Shown: positions 1 to 12,846 of the stretch, in pieces
How the letters are laid out: each line of letters opens with the position of its first letter
Numbering within the stretch: position 1 is the first letter of the stretch
NCBI RefSeq assembly: GCF_006345805.1
Contig: NC_043008.1
Span: 78,616,001 to 78,680,000, forward strand
Length of the DNA: 64,000 nt
Direction of reading: 5' to 3'
Origin: Octopus sinensis
Taxonomy: Eukaryota
Translations under genes and position numbers: made by a program
The notes under the pieces: generated by a model
The model's database searches: none
Told to the model about the DNA's origin: nothing
What the model saw: the letters and a program-made list of their open reading frames with translations, nothing else

Positions 1-830
1 TTTATTTAGGTGTTAACATGTGTCTGTGTCTGTGTGTGTGTCATAAGTACATACATAATGATGATAATAATCATAATAATAATAGACAACAGACAGGATG
101 TCATGCATACATAATGTGTATGTGTGTACAAACAAGGGTGTATGCGTGTGATAAAAATAATTAATGGCAGAGACACACACATACTCACATACACACACAT
201 AACATCCCCACCAACACAAAACACACAAACATACACACGCACAAACAGACGCACACATACATATGCACCCTCACACACACACAGACAAGGACAATTAAAA
301 CACAAAATACTCAGAGAGACACACACACACACACGTACACACACATAACATCCCCACCAACACAAAACACACAAACGTACATACGCACACACACTGACGC
401 ACACATACACACATGCGAACAAATACATAAACACACACAACACCCTGACAAATACCATTCACACACATACACACACACACCACCACCAGAACAATTATAA
501 CAACACAAACATACTCAGAGACACACACACTCACGTACACACACATAACATTCCCACCAGCACAAAACACGCAAACATACAGACGCACACATACACACGC
601 GCGAACAAATACATGTGCACACACTAACACCCTAACAAATATTAATCACACACATACACACACAAGCATGCACACATATACACACACCATCCTACCAAAT
701 ATAAAACACACACAGACCCATATACACACGCCATAATAATCTCTGAGACCAATCAAAAAAGGCCCACAAACACAAACACATGTATACACACACACATAGA
801 GACGTGCACAGAGACACACACACTCACATC
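1..830. repeat. Degenerate (CA)n-rich minisatellite
   Basis: Recurring acacacataacatccccaccaacacaaaacac units. The ORFs over it are low-complexity artefacts. Confidence 0.8.
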
Positions 831-1263
831 ATTCTGACCTCTAAGACCAGTCCCAAATCCACTGAACCATGACAGACAAGCCCAGAAACGAAAACATCCT
901 TTTAATTCCACATTGCTCCTCCTTACCCCCCACCCAACCAACCTCCTACACTGTCCCTAAAAATAGCAAACATTCCTTAGCTACACACAAGACAGAAAAA
1001 TGCCAAAAAGACAGGTTGGCTCCTCTCCAATTTTTTGTAAATTCTTAAATATATCTCATTCTGTGTGTAATATATATACTACCAAACAAACATGATTTTT
1101 ATTGAACTCCTAATAGTTTTTGTTGAATATTTTCTTAAATACTTTCTTGTAAACTGTTTTCATTGTTTTCTTATTATTATCAAAGAATGTATATATGTAT
1201 TTTTATACTTTTGTGACAACCACCCACTACTTAACACAACAAGGCTTATACAAAGCTTTACTT

Positions 1264-1311
1264 TTTACTTTTGACAATATTTTTCTAAAAAAGTGAAACC
1301 GGTCAAGTGAA
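1264..1311 (+). ncRNA. Decayed type I hammerhead ribozyme motif
   Basis: tttactt-TTGACAA (from CTGACGA)-stem II-GAAACCGGTC-aagtgaa. Stem I pairs and stem III is the palindrome ACCGGT, but the core is mutated. Confidence 0.5.
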
Positions 1312-1719
1312 TAAACATTTACTTATTATCTACAAACATAAGAATTAAGATTTTCTCCAGTGTTTGTATTATTATTGATATTATTTTTAATTTTTTGTAA
1401 CTTATTCTTATTTTCATGACGATTATACTTGTTTATAGAATAACGGGGACATTTGAAGTTAGCTGCTGCTTTTAACTGAGACCTTATCACTGAAATGTCA
1501 AGTGAACTATTTTATTCCACGCTATATGTTTTGATCATTTTTGTATACCATTGCATTTTCAGATTTCCCAGCAACAGTGTCTTAACTTCATTGATGTCTT
1601 CCCTGTCTACATTGCATGATTCTATCTAGCCATTAATGGCATGCTTCATGTTGATATGCCTTGATTCTTTATGGAATATAATAACTCTAATTTATATTTT
1701 GTATATATACATATATATA

Positions 1720-1762
<43 letters not shown>

Positions 1763-1764
<2 letters not shown>

Positions 1765-2165
1765 CGCAGGAGTGGCTGTGTGGTAAGTAGCTTGCTAAAC
1801 AACCACATGGTTCCGGGTTCAGTCCCACTGCGTGGCATCTTGGGCAAGTGTCTTCTGCTATAGCCCTGGGCCGACCAATGCCTTGTGAGTGGATTTGGTA
1901 GACGGAAACTGAAAGAAGCCTGTCGTATATATGTATATATATGTATGTGTGTGTGTTTGTGTGTCTGAGTTTGTCCCCCTAGCATTGCTTGACAACCGAT
2001 GCTAGTGTGTTTACATCCCCGTCACTTAGCGGTTCGGCAAAAGAGATTGATAGAATAAGTACTGGGCTTACAAAGAATAAGTCCCGGGGTCGATTTGCTC
2101 GACTAAAGGCGGTGCTCCAGCATGGCCACAGTCAAATGACTGAAACAAGTAAAACAGTAAAAGAG

Positions 2166-2210
<45 letters not shown>

Positions 2211-2611
2211 CGCAGGAGTGGCTGTGTGGTAAGTAGCTTGCTAAACAACCACATGGTTCCGGGTTCAGTCCCACTGCGTGGCATCTTGGGCAAGTGTCTT
2301 CTGCTATAGCCCTGGGCCGACCAATGCCTTGTGAGTGGATTTGGTAGACGGAAACTGAAAGAAGCCTGTCGTATATATGTATATATATGTATGTGTGTGT
2401 GTTTGTGTGTCTGAGTTTGTCCCCCTAGCATTGCTTGACAACCGATGCTAGTGTGTTTACATCCCCGTCACTTAGCGGTTCGGCAAAAGAGATTGATAGA
2501 ATAAGTACTGGGCTTACAAAGAATAAGTCCCGGGGTCGATTTGCTCGACTAAAGGCGGTGCTCCAGCATGGCCACAGTCAAATGACTGAAACAAGTAAAA
2601 CAGTAAAAGAG

Positions 2612-2614
<3 letters not shown>
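1763..2614 (+). mobile_element. Two tandem copies of a tRNA-derived SINE (1763-~2168 and 2209-~2614)
   Basis: A-box/B-box-like head (gtggctgtgtggtaag...gggttcagtccc), internal (TG)n, tail ...gactgaaacaagtaaaa. Period 446 nt, copies separated by (TA)n. Confidence 0.9.
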
Positions 2615-2651
<37 letters not shown>

Positions 2652-2654
2652 TCT

Positions 2655-2860
2655 TTTCTACTCTAGGAACAAGGCCCAAATTTTGTGAGGAGGGGGCCAG
2701 TCGATTAGATTGAACTCAGTACGAAACTGGTACTTAACTTATCGATCCTGAAAGGCAAAGTTGACCTCGGCAGAATTTGAACTCAGAACACAAAGACAGA
2801 TGAAATACCACTAAGTATTTCACTCGGCATGCTAACGTTTCCGCCAACTTGCCGCCTTTA
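2655..2860 (-). mobile_element. Second SINE family (related copies at ~19790-20180 and ~23150-23330)
   Basis: Shared ctagg..caaggcccaaa...gaaaggcaaagt.gacctcggcagaatttgaactcagaac...ctaac.ttc.gcca sequence; the reverse strand has a gagttcaaattc B-box. Confidence 0.7.
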
Positions 2861-2944
2861 TATTTATATATATATATACATATATGTGTATGTATTTTTA
2901 TTGCATATGTATATTTATAAAATTTCATAATGTAATTCGTTGTG

Positions 2945-3055
2945 GAGGACGTCTTCCTGATGAAGGGAACATTATTTACTAGGATAAGTTAAATCTTCAA
3001 ACTTTCTTACCTTACTAAAATGTACCCCAGAAACGGCCGTTGAATGGACCTCCTC
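2945..3055 (+). ncRNA. Type I hammerhead ribozyme motif
   Basis: gaggacgtcttc-CTGATGA-agggaacatt...aatgtaccc-GAAACGGCCGTT-gaatggacctcctc. Palindromic stem III ACGGCCGT, GUU site. Confidence 0.65.
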
Positions 3056-3584
3056 TAATAACAGGACTTTTCTTTAATGTTTAATCTTTTATTGTAATGT
3101 AGTTATTTGTTCTTTGAACAGTCTAAAAAGTTTTTTTGCTACTTGATGACTTAGACGCTTTCCTACTGTTGTTTTACATAATCCATATATGTTTTACCTT
3201 ATTTACACTGCGAATATTTTTACATTCTTTTAATCTATGTTGTTATCTATATATTTATATGCGATACTTTTATATATATAGATCTGTATTAAATTGTATT
3301 AACTGATGTATATTTTTAAAAGTATGTTTAAAATTTTGCGTCTGGGAATTTGTTGATTGACCAACACTTTGTTTCTGAATTTACCTCTTTAATTATCATT
3401 TGTCTCAGATATTCCAAGCACATTTCAGTTGCAGCCCATATATTTCAAAAGAATGATTTGATAGAATATATATATGCTCCGATGAAGCATATATATATCT
3501 CCGATGAAGGGATATTATTAATTAATATCCTAGACTAATATCTATACAGCCTTGGTTTTTTTATCTTATTACGCAAAAAATTCT

Positions 3585-3617
<33 letters not shown>

Positions 3618-4065
3618 GTATATATGCAGAAACCTAATGTAGGTATGTAGAGTAAAATCCCAGCTGTTTTCTCTTGAAACACATCTGCTTATTCCATTAT
3701 TACAATCCAGTATGTAGCTGCTGTCATTGTTGTGTAGGTGCAAAGTACATATTAAAGATGAAAATTCTGCTTGCAGAGTTATTGTTTGTAGCGAAAATAT
3801 TGTTTGCAAAGTTATTGTGTAACTTTGCAGGAAGTAGGAAAACTTATTGGTATTATTTATTCACCATTACACATGTTTTATTTGCTAATAGGTATTACAG
3901 AGTTTTACATGTTAGATATAAGGAAGGAATTTCATATTAGAAATACTTCAGACAGAGAAATTAAATAATGGTGTTATTAAATAATACCAGTAAATTTTCC
4001 AAATTCTTGTTTTGTTTTATATATATATATATATATTATATATATATATATATATATATTTATTT

Positions 4066-4740
4066 TTAATCAATATAGGGTGGCAAAAAAAATTTTGTAG
4101 AATTTTTTTGCCACCAGCGGCCTAGTGGGAAAAAATTAAATAGTCATATACCATTTTTAAGTTCAACATCACAATCAAGGAACGGCCATAATAGGCCATT
4201 CACCCACTAGAAATAACAGCCAAACGCTTCAACCGCAAAATAACATCAATTCCGTAAACCAGGAGAAAATTAAAAAACATTTACCCTGTAATTTCTTATA
4301 CGATGCACCGTTTCATCTACTGTTTAATGGTAAACTAACCTGATTAAATTAAATCAAGCCAATCTACCATAGGCCCTTAGATTCATCAGTAAGAAATAGC
4401 CAAGTCGGAACAGATATTTTTCACGAGGCATTCCCGTCCCTGCCTCGGCAATATCTGACCTAAAATTTTCAAATCATCGCACTCGCGCCAAATTTATCGG
4501 CAGCAAATAAATATAAGCCGCCGATTCCATTACGGAATTAACCAGAAAATTCATAATTAATCAATATAGGGTGGCAAAAAAAATTTTGTAGAATTTTTTT
4601 GCCACCAGCGGCCTAGTGGGAAAAAATTAAATAGTCATATACCATTTTTAAGTTCAACATCACAATCAAGGAACGGCCATAATAGGCCATTCACCCAGTG
4701 GTGGGTGAATGGCCTATTATGGCCGTTCCTTGATTGTGAT
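4066..4740 (-). mobile_element. Retrozyme-like non-coding element: 491-nt unit, partial tandem repeat and terminal fold-back
   Basis: 4066-4206 is repeated at 4557-4697. 4701-4740 is the reverse complement of ~4659-4697. Contains an HHR and is flanked by (TA)n on both sides. Confidence 0.75.
4291..4397 (-). ncRNA. Type I hammerhead ribozyme, intact core
   Basis: Minus strand reads atttctta-CTGATGA-atcta...tagat-GAAACGGTGCATCGTA-taagaaat. 8-bp perfect stem I, long stem II, near-palindromic stem III, GUA site. Confidence 0.85.
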
Positions 4741-5060
4741 ATATATATATATATATATATATAATTCAAATTTATTGAAAAACAAAGATGAAGACAGGTG
4801 TAGGAACAAGAAAGTGTATTAGTTTGATGCTCAGAAAAGATCGAAAAGTCTTTTACATTTCAAGCCTACGCTCTTCGACAGAGGAGAATAAGAGGAAATA
4901 GAGAGAGAATGAAAAGAAAACGTGTTGAGTTCAGAGGTCCAACATGGTAATGTGTGTGTGTGTGTGTGTGTGTGCATATGCATGTGTGTGTATACATATG
5001 CACAGAGAAAAAGAGTGAGAAATGGAAGAAACTATAAATTGTAATCAATTGAATTCAATT

Positions 5061-5234
5061 TTAAATTGCTTCAAGTGATTTATATACGGCATCTAACAAA
5101 GTTTTCCATCTATAATCATCCTGAAGAGAGACAGGATCTAAATGGTTTGTAATATAAGCAACTCCAATATTTTTCTCTTTGTCTCCAAATGCCAGCTGAC
5201 CTCCATATCCTAAATGTCCAAACACATATTTGCC
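5061..5234 (-). CDS. Beta-lactamase-family serine hydrolase (beta-lactamase domain-containing protein), terminal coding exon
   Basis: Acceptor ttttttcattttag, then GKYVFGHLGYGGQLAFGDKEKNIGVAYITNHLDPVSLQDDYRWKTLLDAVYKSLEAI-stop (TAA at 5063-5061). FGHxGxGG is the family's C-terminal motif. Phase 0 matches the exon at 25786-26031. Confidence 0.9.
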   Translation of the reverse strand, partial: GKYVFGHLGYGGQLAFGDKEKNIGVAYITNHLDPVSLQDDYRWKTLLDAVYKSLEAI

Positions 5235-5576
5235 CTAAAATGAAAAAAAGTAGGAATATGTAATTGAAAATCAAAAGCAAGCTTTAAAATATTTAATCAA
5301 CTTTTACTTTGTCATTAATTCAAAATATGTTAGTACTGTATCTCATTAACAAGGTGGCCTTTTGATCACTATTAGTGAAAAAGAAGGTATAGCTGTAATT
5401 TTGTAATGTTGAATACATAAAGCTTAACTCTTGAGGTGTAAGTTCCTCCATGCGTCTCCATTCAAATATCATTTCCCACTTCATTTACTTCATTTTAATC
5501 TCTCTCTCCCTCCTTCCTTCTCCCCTTCTCTCTATGTCTGTATGTATATATGTGTGAGTATATATATATATATATA

Positions 5577-5780
5577 AAGTTAATCCAAACATGAAAACAC
5601 AAAGAGAAAACACAACAACGCGAGGACATGGAACAAATATAGTATTATTGGACACTCAGGAAAGAAGGAAAGGAGGGTTTAACGTTTCGAGCAGAGCTCT
5701 TCGTCAGGAACATAGGAAGAGGAAAGATCCAGAGAAGGGAAGACGGAGGAAAAAAAGTCGCCAACGGTACACATGTGGTC
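5577..5780 (-). mobile_element. Short non-autonomous repeat with a minimal HHR at 5677-5711
   Basis: Minus strand reads gttc-CTGACGA-agagc-tct-gctc-GAAACGTT-aaac. Decayed relatives at ~4760-4950 (-), ~18455-18660 (-) and ~35900-36050 (+). Confidence 0.7.
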
Positions 5781-5784
5781 AGGA

Positions 5785-8700
5785 TTCAAATTATCATCGG
5801 CATATTTTGGCAATTTAAATAAGAATGTTAAAATCTTAAGTTCTAAGATTTATATCTTCAGGATTCGCAGTACACTTGAAATTTCAAAATTATGTGAAAT
5901 AGACTTATCGACTTTGTTTTCCTCATTATTTTTAATACTAGGTCACCAAATATGTGTTACAAGGGGTATTGATTACATACACATTAGAATAAAATTACGT
6001 GTTAACCAATTTTTTTATTCATTTTGGTGATAAAAATAATTAGCATTTCCAATTTATTTGAAACAATTCCATGTAACTAAATAATACAAATCGTTGTAGT
6101 GCATTGCTTTTCAACTAAACAATTCTAATTGATTATTGCTGTATTACCTTTCAATTTGAAGTCCTTTTTTGTCCCAAACATCAAGATTTTTTCTCTTGAT
6201 TCGATCTGACTCCTAATGAAACCGTCTCGACAAACATTAGATGATACTTCTGTCAAGTTTTACATATCTCTCCACAGCTTGGGTGTGGCATGGTAATTTT
6301 CCAGTTGCATCAAATGCCTCTGTTGAATGAAGGTATCGATTTCTTCATCGGAATATGCCTGTGTTAGAGGTGGTTCAGTAACAATAGTCTCCGGCCAGTT
6401 AATTATGTTTGAGGCAGCAAAGTTTAGGGTAGGAATTTTGTACGGTCTCACTATACTATGTTCGAGCCTGCTTTATGTGCCTCCATGCTAATTCTCGAAT
6501 GTGGTTCCGTTCATTGCTTATCATGACCAGTAAAATATTTTCTGCATGCGTGAAGAAAGCATTCTGTTGTATAACTGGAAATACAATGTTTTATATCACT
6601 TGATCCATTTCTCTCGAACACTCAACCTTCTTGAACACATTTAGAGCCCCATTTTCTGAGGAAGTGTTGCATTTAATTGTGAACCATATTGGCACATAAA
6701 CTTTCATTACATAAGCAACAATTGATTTCATTGTATTAGAAGGAATTTCGGTGGCAACATACAACCGTAGCATATGATTTGCAGTTGTAAACCATCGAGA
6801 GTGTGCCATTTTATCACGATTCTTTAATGCCATTTCAGATGAACATTTCCCATTGGAAATAGACCGGTGGATATCAAGAAGGTATTTTTAATCAGTGCTG
6901 AGATCGTTTCTGTCCATTGGAATCCGATTAAATTTCACAACACTTAGTGTTTCACATCGCTCTAGTCTCTTACCAAGAAATCCACGAGGCCTGGTAGTTT
7001 TTCCGTCGTGATCATTAATAAGATGATGTAAGGGAAGCTCATTTGCATGGAGTTGACACACAAACCAATGCAATGGCTTCTTCAATTTATTCACCAAAAG
7101 TCTAACGGTGCCGCTTCTTGATCCTGTATTGACTGCAGCACCATCGCAACTTACAGCTATCATGTGATTGGTTACTATCTCAATGGTTTCCAAATAATTC
7201 AACCATTGGAAATAGCTTTTGCAGAACCTGTTTTAACAGAAAAGCGCCCAAGATAGTGGGACATAGGTTCTTCTATCAATGAAATGTGTTCTTGAATTGT
7301 TTTCTTACGAAATGCTTTTCTCATTTGTTCACTTATGAGGGTTGTGTCTCACCTTCCATCAAAATACACAGCAGACAATGTTTTATGTGGCCTACCTACC
7401 CTAACTCTACCTACCCGCTGCAGGGATTTACATTGTCTGGATTGCTCCCTCCTTACCTTCGATCTGTCTATAACGAAAGAACATTCACCAGATGTACTTG
7501 CCATTAAGTTTCTGATGACCAAACCTGTAAGAAAAGCAGCAGCACGGTCTGACATACTGGTGCGGTCACAGGCAGAAGCTAATTCTAAGAATTTCGTTCG
7601 TTTTATTGGGGTTTTTTGAACTTACGTTTTTTGTTGACTTCTTTTCGTTTCATGGAAAATGGAATTGGAAATCTTCATCTTTGCCAGCTGTTCTATTTCC
7701 AGATTCACTACTTGATGAAAACGCAATCAATTCAGAATCCTTTGCTGGCATACAAGGGTGACTGTGGTCTGGTCGATTCTTTCTAATCAACCTCTGAATG
7801 TTCTGTTTAGATACTGCTTGATCTATTCTGCCAATGATCATTTTTTGATTTGTTCAGTGATCCTGTAAAAAAATCTTGTTCTCTCTATGGTATTTTTTGT
7901 CTCTGCTACAACTGCGTTTTTAAAGGAGTTACACTTGCAACTGGAAATATCAAATAAATCTTTTGTTGCATAGTTTTTAAACACATTACACTTTGTTTGA
8001 AACAATGACACATTTTTTTTTATTTTTCACAAATTTTAGTAATGCTTGGTACTTTGGATAAAAGTTTAAGATTTTTGGTTTAACTGACTCAATCGTAATA
8101 CATGGAATGGATGCCTTTTGGCAAAGAAGAATTATCTTTTCTGCTACATTCTTGACAATTTGTTTAATTGAAGAATCTTTATTACATTCTTTTCTTTTTC
8201 TCATTCAAATAAAACATATTTTATGTCCTTGTAAGTTGGGAAAACCCACATGCTAACATCACATGGAGTATCAAATATTGGATATTCACTATCATCACGT
8301 GCTAATGGCTTATGAGTCATCGCTAAATGTAAACAACACTAAATTTAACACAATCATTAATTTTAATACAATAGTCTAAAATCAAGGTACAAAGCAGAAA
8401 ACTTCACACACATACAATGTACGTCCACATGCAATGAACATTGCAGCGATACTGGAGAAGTCACACTCCTATTCTCTTTATAGTCAATATGGAACCTCAA
8501 GATATTAATCAATTGTATTAAAACTTGGTATGCAACCTCTTAAGAGTACTATATTTACTGTTTTGCATTCTGCTATGAAGACATATATACTCGTTGCGAC
8601 TTATAATACATGAAATCCAAAATTCGATCAAAAATAGCGATTTTTAAAATTTTCAATTGCATTGCGGAGCCCCAAAAAATATTTAGCCACAAAGTTCTTT

Positions 8701-8787
8701 TTACACCTTTCTTCTCACTCTAATTTGAAACAACATATTGGTTCTTGATTACCAATTTCCAAAGCTGCACTTTTTGTTCCACCTTAA
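5785..8787 (-). mobile_element. Decayed hAT-superfamily (hATm-like) DNA transposon
   Basis: Fragmented ORFs: QKASIPCI, SDRAAA..VIDRSKVRRE, YFDGR, SCDGAAVNTG..LHWFVCQLHANELPL, HSRWFTTAN.LRLY, CHTQAVER. End reads ttaaggtgg on the minus strand; many stops and frameshifts. Confidence 0.7.
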
Positions 8788-8885
8788 TATTTATATATTT
8801 GATTTTTGATTTTTTGATTTTTCCAGTTTCAGCTAATGAGCTGTGGCCATGCTGGGGCACCGCCATATATATATATATATATATA

Positions 8886-9028
8886 CTGTTGTGTCTGGGG
8901 AAAGTCATTTTCTTTTTGTGCCGTATAATTTAACACACTCACCGGTAAAATAAGAAATAAGTGGAAATTTTACCGGTGTGTTAAATTATAAGGCACAAAA
9001 AGAAAATTACTCTCCCCAGATACAACAG
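8886..9028. repeat. Short fold-back repeat with ~60-bp inverted arms
   Basis: ctgttgtgtctgggga...accggtaaaat pairs with atttaccggt...ccccagatacaacag. A non-inverted relative lies at ~15061-15185. Confidence 0.75.
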
Positions 9029-9217
9029 AATATGCTTCGACGCACAAACTCACATAAAGAATCTTGCAAACCAAATCCCAAAACAATATATATATTAATA
9101 AAAGGAATTCCAGCCTTGTCTGATTTTCACATTTTATTTACAATCTTATAATGATATAATATAGGATAATATAATATAATAAAATAAAATAATAGAATGT
9201 TAAATGTTCATTCTGAT

Positions 9218-9262
9218 TGAACTAGTACTTTCATGCATTAAATTATGCAATCTTCAGGTTCA
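9218..9262 (-). ncRNA. Minimal type I HHR in PLE-1 3' pLTR
   Basis: tgaac-CTGAAGA-ttgcat-aattta-atgcat-GAAAGTACTA-gttca. Palindromic stem III AGTACT. Confidence 0.85.
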
Positions 9263-11685
9263 TGTAGTAGTGGTGACAGTCATGCTTCACAATTTTTGAC
9301 TGTAGCAAGATGGTTAAATCTGTGCCTTAAATACACCTGTGTAGGCTCCAGATTGCTAAGTTTTGCAAACTGTATTCTGACCAATCAGTGTGTAGCATCA
9401 CTCAATTACTTAAGCTGATTGGTTTAGGCATCACACTTTGTTGAACATGTCAAGAGTCCTGTATCTTAACCCTGGCTGAGGCAGCAATTGTTGGGCTATT
9501 TTTAGAAATGTTGTGAATAGCCTTTGTCAGGGATTTTTATATTTCAATTGTCATCATCATCATTGTCAGCACCTTAATTATTGTTGCTAGTGGTGATGGT
9601 GGTGGCAATAGAACTTTTAACCCTAAATAAGATAATTTTCCTGCTATCTTCATCTTGATCACCTTTAGTATTGTTGTTGTTGTTAGTGGTCATGGTCGTA
9701 GCAGTAGAAGTAGTACCTCTAAGTATTATTATTATTGCTTATTTAGCTTGGGTTCGAATTTATCAATAAAATTCTTTTCTCTGATTTTCCTCTCGATTTC
9801 ACTTGGGCTGTGTAATTTGTAGAATGGAAATATTATATATATTTTCCAATCACATGTTGCTAGGTGGTTACTCAAAGGTATCTGACGGACCTCTGGGTTT
9901 CTAATCTGTTGTCGGTGTACACGTGAGCGTTCTGATAGTGCATTTCCTGTCTGACCTACATATATTTCTTCACAATTTGGGCATTTGATGCAGTAAATTA
10001 AATTTCTGCTTTTGCAGTTCATATTCGCGTTTGTGAATATTTTCCCGGTTTTTGTGTTTATATATTGGCCGGTATGTATGAATTGGCATGTGCCACTCGG
10101 CTATCATTGCATTTAGATACAGTGAATGTTTGGTCTTTGTTGCTAAGGTCAAATTTTGCCTTTGTTAGTAATTTTTTCAAGTTTTTACGCTGTCTTTTAC
10201 TAAGAATCATAGCTCGATCCGTGATTATATCTTTTAATTCATTACTTTGAGCAATGATTGGTAGGTTTGCTTTGGCAATGTTGAAGATATTCTGGTGACA
10301 TGAGTTGTGTGTCACTATGAATGGTATGACTTGTTCTTATTTTCCTCTTCCTTGGGTTGTCCTAAGTTGTTGTATGGGTATTTTTATAGCCCGCTGTATG
10401 CCATTTTCTATAAGTAGAGATGGGTATTTTTGTTTGAGCAAAAGTTCTGTTAGGTGTTTGTTCCTGATATTTGCATCTTCTACAATGGTACAAATTCTTC
10501 TGGCTAGGCAGTATGGGATGTTGCGTTTTGTATGTGATGGATGGCATGACTTAAAATTCAGGTATTGATGTGTGTCTGTGTGTTTATAGTATATATCTGT
10601 GGTGATGGTGGTGTCCTTTTTAATTACCATTATATCTAGGAATGGTAATTTGGTACTACTCATCTCCTTTGTAAATTGGAGAGATGGGTATAGGTTGTTC
10701 AGGAGGATATTGAACTCTTCCAGAGTATTTAGAGATTCTGTCCAGATTATGAAGCAGTCGTCAAGGTTCTAAATCCAGTGCTATAGTTTACCTTCACCTC
10801 TTGGTAGAGTTGTTGTTCTAAGTATCCCATTAGAGTTGGCGTAAATGGGAGCAAACCTCGTTCCCATCACTGTGCCTCTAATTTGGATGTAATTCTTTCC
10901 ATTGAAGAAGAATGTGTTGTTTTCTTGAATAAGTTTGACTGTGTCTAATATAAATGGCACTGTGAATCTGCTGGGAATCACTTCTCTATGTTTTTCTAAC
11001 CAGTATTTAGTCGCCTTTATTCCTAAATTGTGTGGAATATTGGTGTAGAGGCTTACCACATCAAAACTTAGTAAAACTGAATTTGTTTCTGTTGTTTTGG
11101 GAAGATGGGACAGGAAGTCGATGTCATCCCTGATGAAACTGGGTATGTAAGTACATAGTGGTTTCAAAACAATGTCAATAAAATTGCTTAGGGCATGCTG
11201 GACCAGTTATAATAGGTCTAAGTTTTAGGTCTTTTGGATGTAGTAATTTTATGTACTCACTTTCTTGTTCTTTTACTGCATGTTGAATATCTTTTGATTT
11301 ATGTATTTTCGGTAAGCCATAGAAATTGCTGGGTTTTGGTTCGAAATTGGTGATGTAGTCTCTTTCATTATCGGTAAGTGAGTTGTAGTGTTTTGAAATC
11401 AGGTTGTTGATCTTTTTCATGATGTGGCTATTCACAACATTTCTAAAAATAGCCCAACAATTGCTGCCTCAGCCAGGGTTAAGATACAGGACTCTTGACA
11501 TGTTCAACAAAGCGTGATGCCTAAACCAATCAGCTTAAGTAATTGAGTGATGCTACACACTGATTGGTCAGAATACAGTTTGCAAAACCTAGCAATCTGG
11601 AGCCTACACAGGTGTATTTAAGGCACAGATTTAACCATCTTGCTACAGTCAAAAATTGTGAAGCATGACTGTCACCACAACTACA

Positions 11686-11730
11686 TGAACCTGAAGATTG
11701 CATAATTTAATGCATGAAAGTACTAGTTCA
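11686..11730 (+). ncRNA. Minimal type I HHR in the inverted PLE-1 pLTR
   Basis: Reverse-complement copy of 9218-9262. Confidence 0.85.
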
Positions 11731-12510
11731 ATCAGAATGAACATTTAACATTCTATTATTTTATTTTATTATATTATATTATCCTATATTATATCATTAT
11801 AAGATTGTAAATAAAATGTGAAAATCAGACAAGGCTGGAATCCCTTTTATTAATATATTCTTCTATACACAATCACACACACCCGTATATATATATATCT
11901 ATATATATATATACATATATATATATATACATGACTCTATTATTTTTCTATTCTTTCATTCCTTCCTTCTTTCTAACAGGTCTTTCACACTTACTTCGTT
12001 TATTCCACTCTTCATTTTTTCGTTCCCCCTCTCTCACATTTCCTGGCCTTCTCTTTATGCTCACTTTCCCTCCTCTTTCACTTCACTCTGTCCCTTTCAT
12101 TTTTTTCTTGCCCCTCCTTAATTCTTCTATCCCTCTACCTCTACCTCTCTCTCATTTCTCCCCACGTGACCAGTGTTTGGCCAAGCCTGATCTTTCTTTC
12201 TTGGTTTGACTACCATCCGTGCGACATCTATATTCCTCCCTGTGTCAAACCCTATGTCCCTGCCATCTCTCTCTCTCTCTCTCTCTCTTTCTCAATATAT
12301 ATATATATATATATATATGCGTATATGGGTACAGGATGTCACCAACTGCAAACAACACGAAGTACGAAAACAAATTAGTGAAATATGCAAACAAAGAGAG
12401 AAAAAATGGAAAACAGGACAAGTAACACGAAGAATGACCCTTCATCAGTTGGCGGCTATCTATCTACTCCACATATATATGTATGTATCTGTGTATGTGT
12501 ATATATATAC

Positions 12511-12598
<88 letters not shown>

Positions 12599-12609
12599 CT
12601 ATCTTTCTA

Positions 12610-12811
12610 TCTTTCTATCTTTTACTTGTTTCAGTCATTTGACTGCAGCCATGCTGGAGCACCGCCTTTAGTCGAGCAAATCGACCCCGGGACTTATTCT
12701 TTGTAAGCCCAGTACTTATTCTATCGGTCTCTTTTGCCGAACCGCTAAGTGACGGGGACGTAAACACACTAGCATTGGTTGTCAAGCAATGCTAGGGGGA
12801 CAAACACACAA

Positions 12812-12846
<35 letters not shown>

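Larger units (their letters stand above)
9090..11858 (-). mobile_element. Penelope-like element 1 (RT + GIY-YIG), 5'-truncated, with inverted 433-bp pLTR
   Basis: Frameshifted ORFs: FYGLPKIHK, SFDVVSLYTNIP, QIRGTVMGTRFAPIYAN, LPFLDI, YLNFKSCHP, LIYCIKC..YVGQTG. 9090-9522 is the reverse complement of 11426-11858. Confidence 0.92.
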
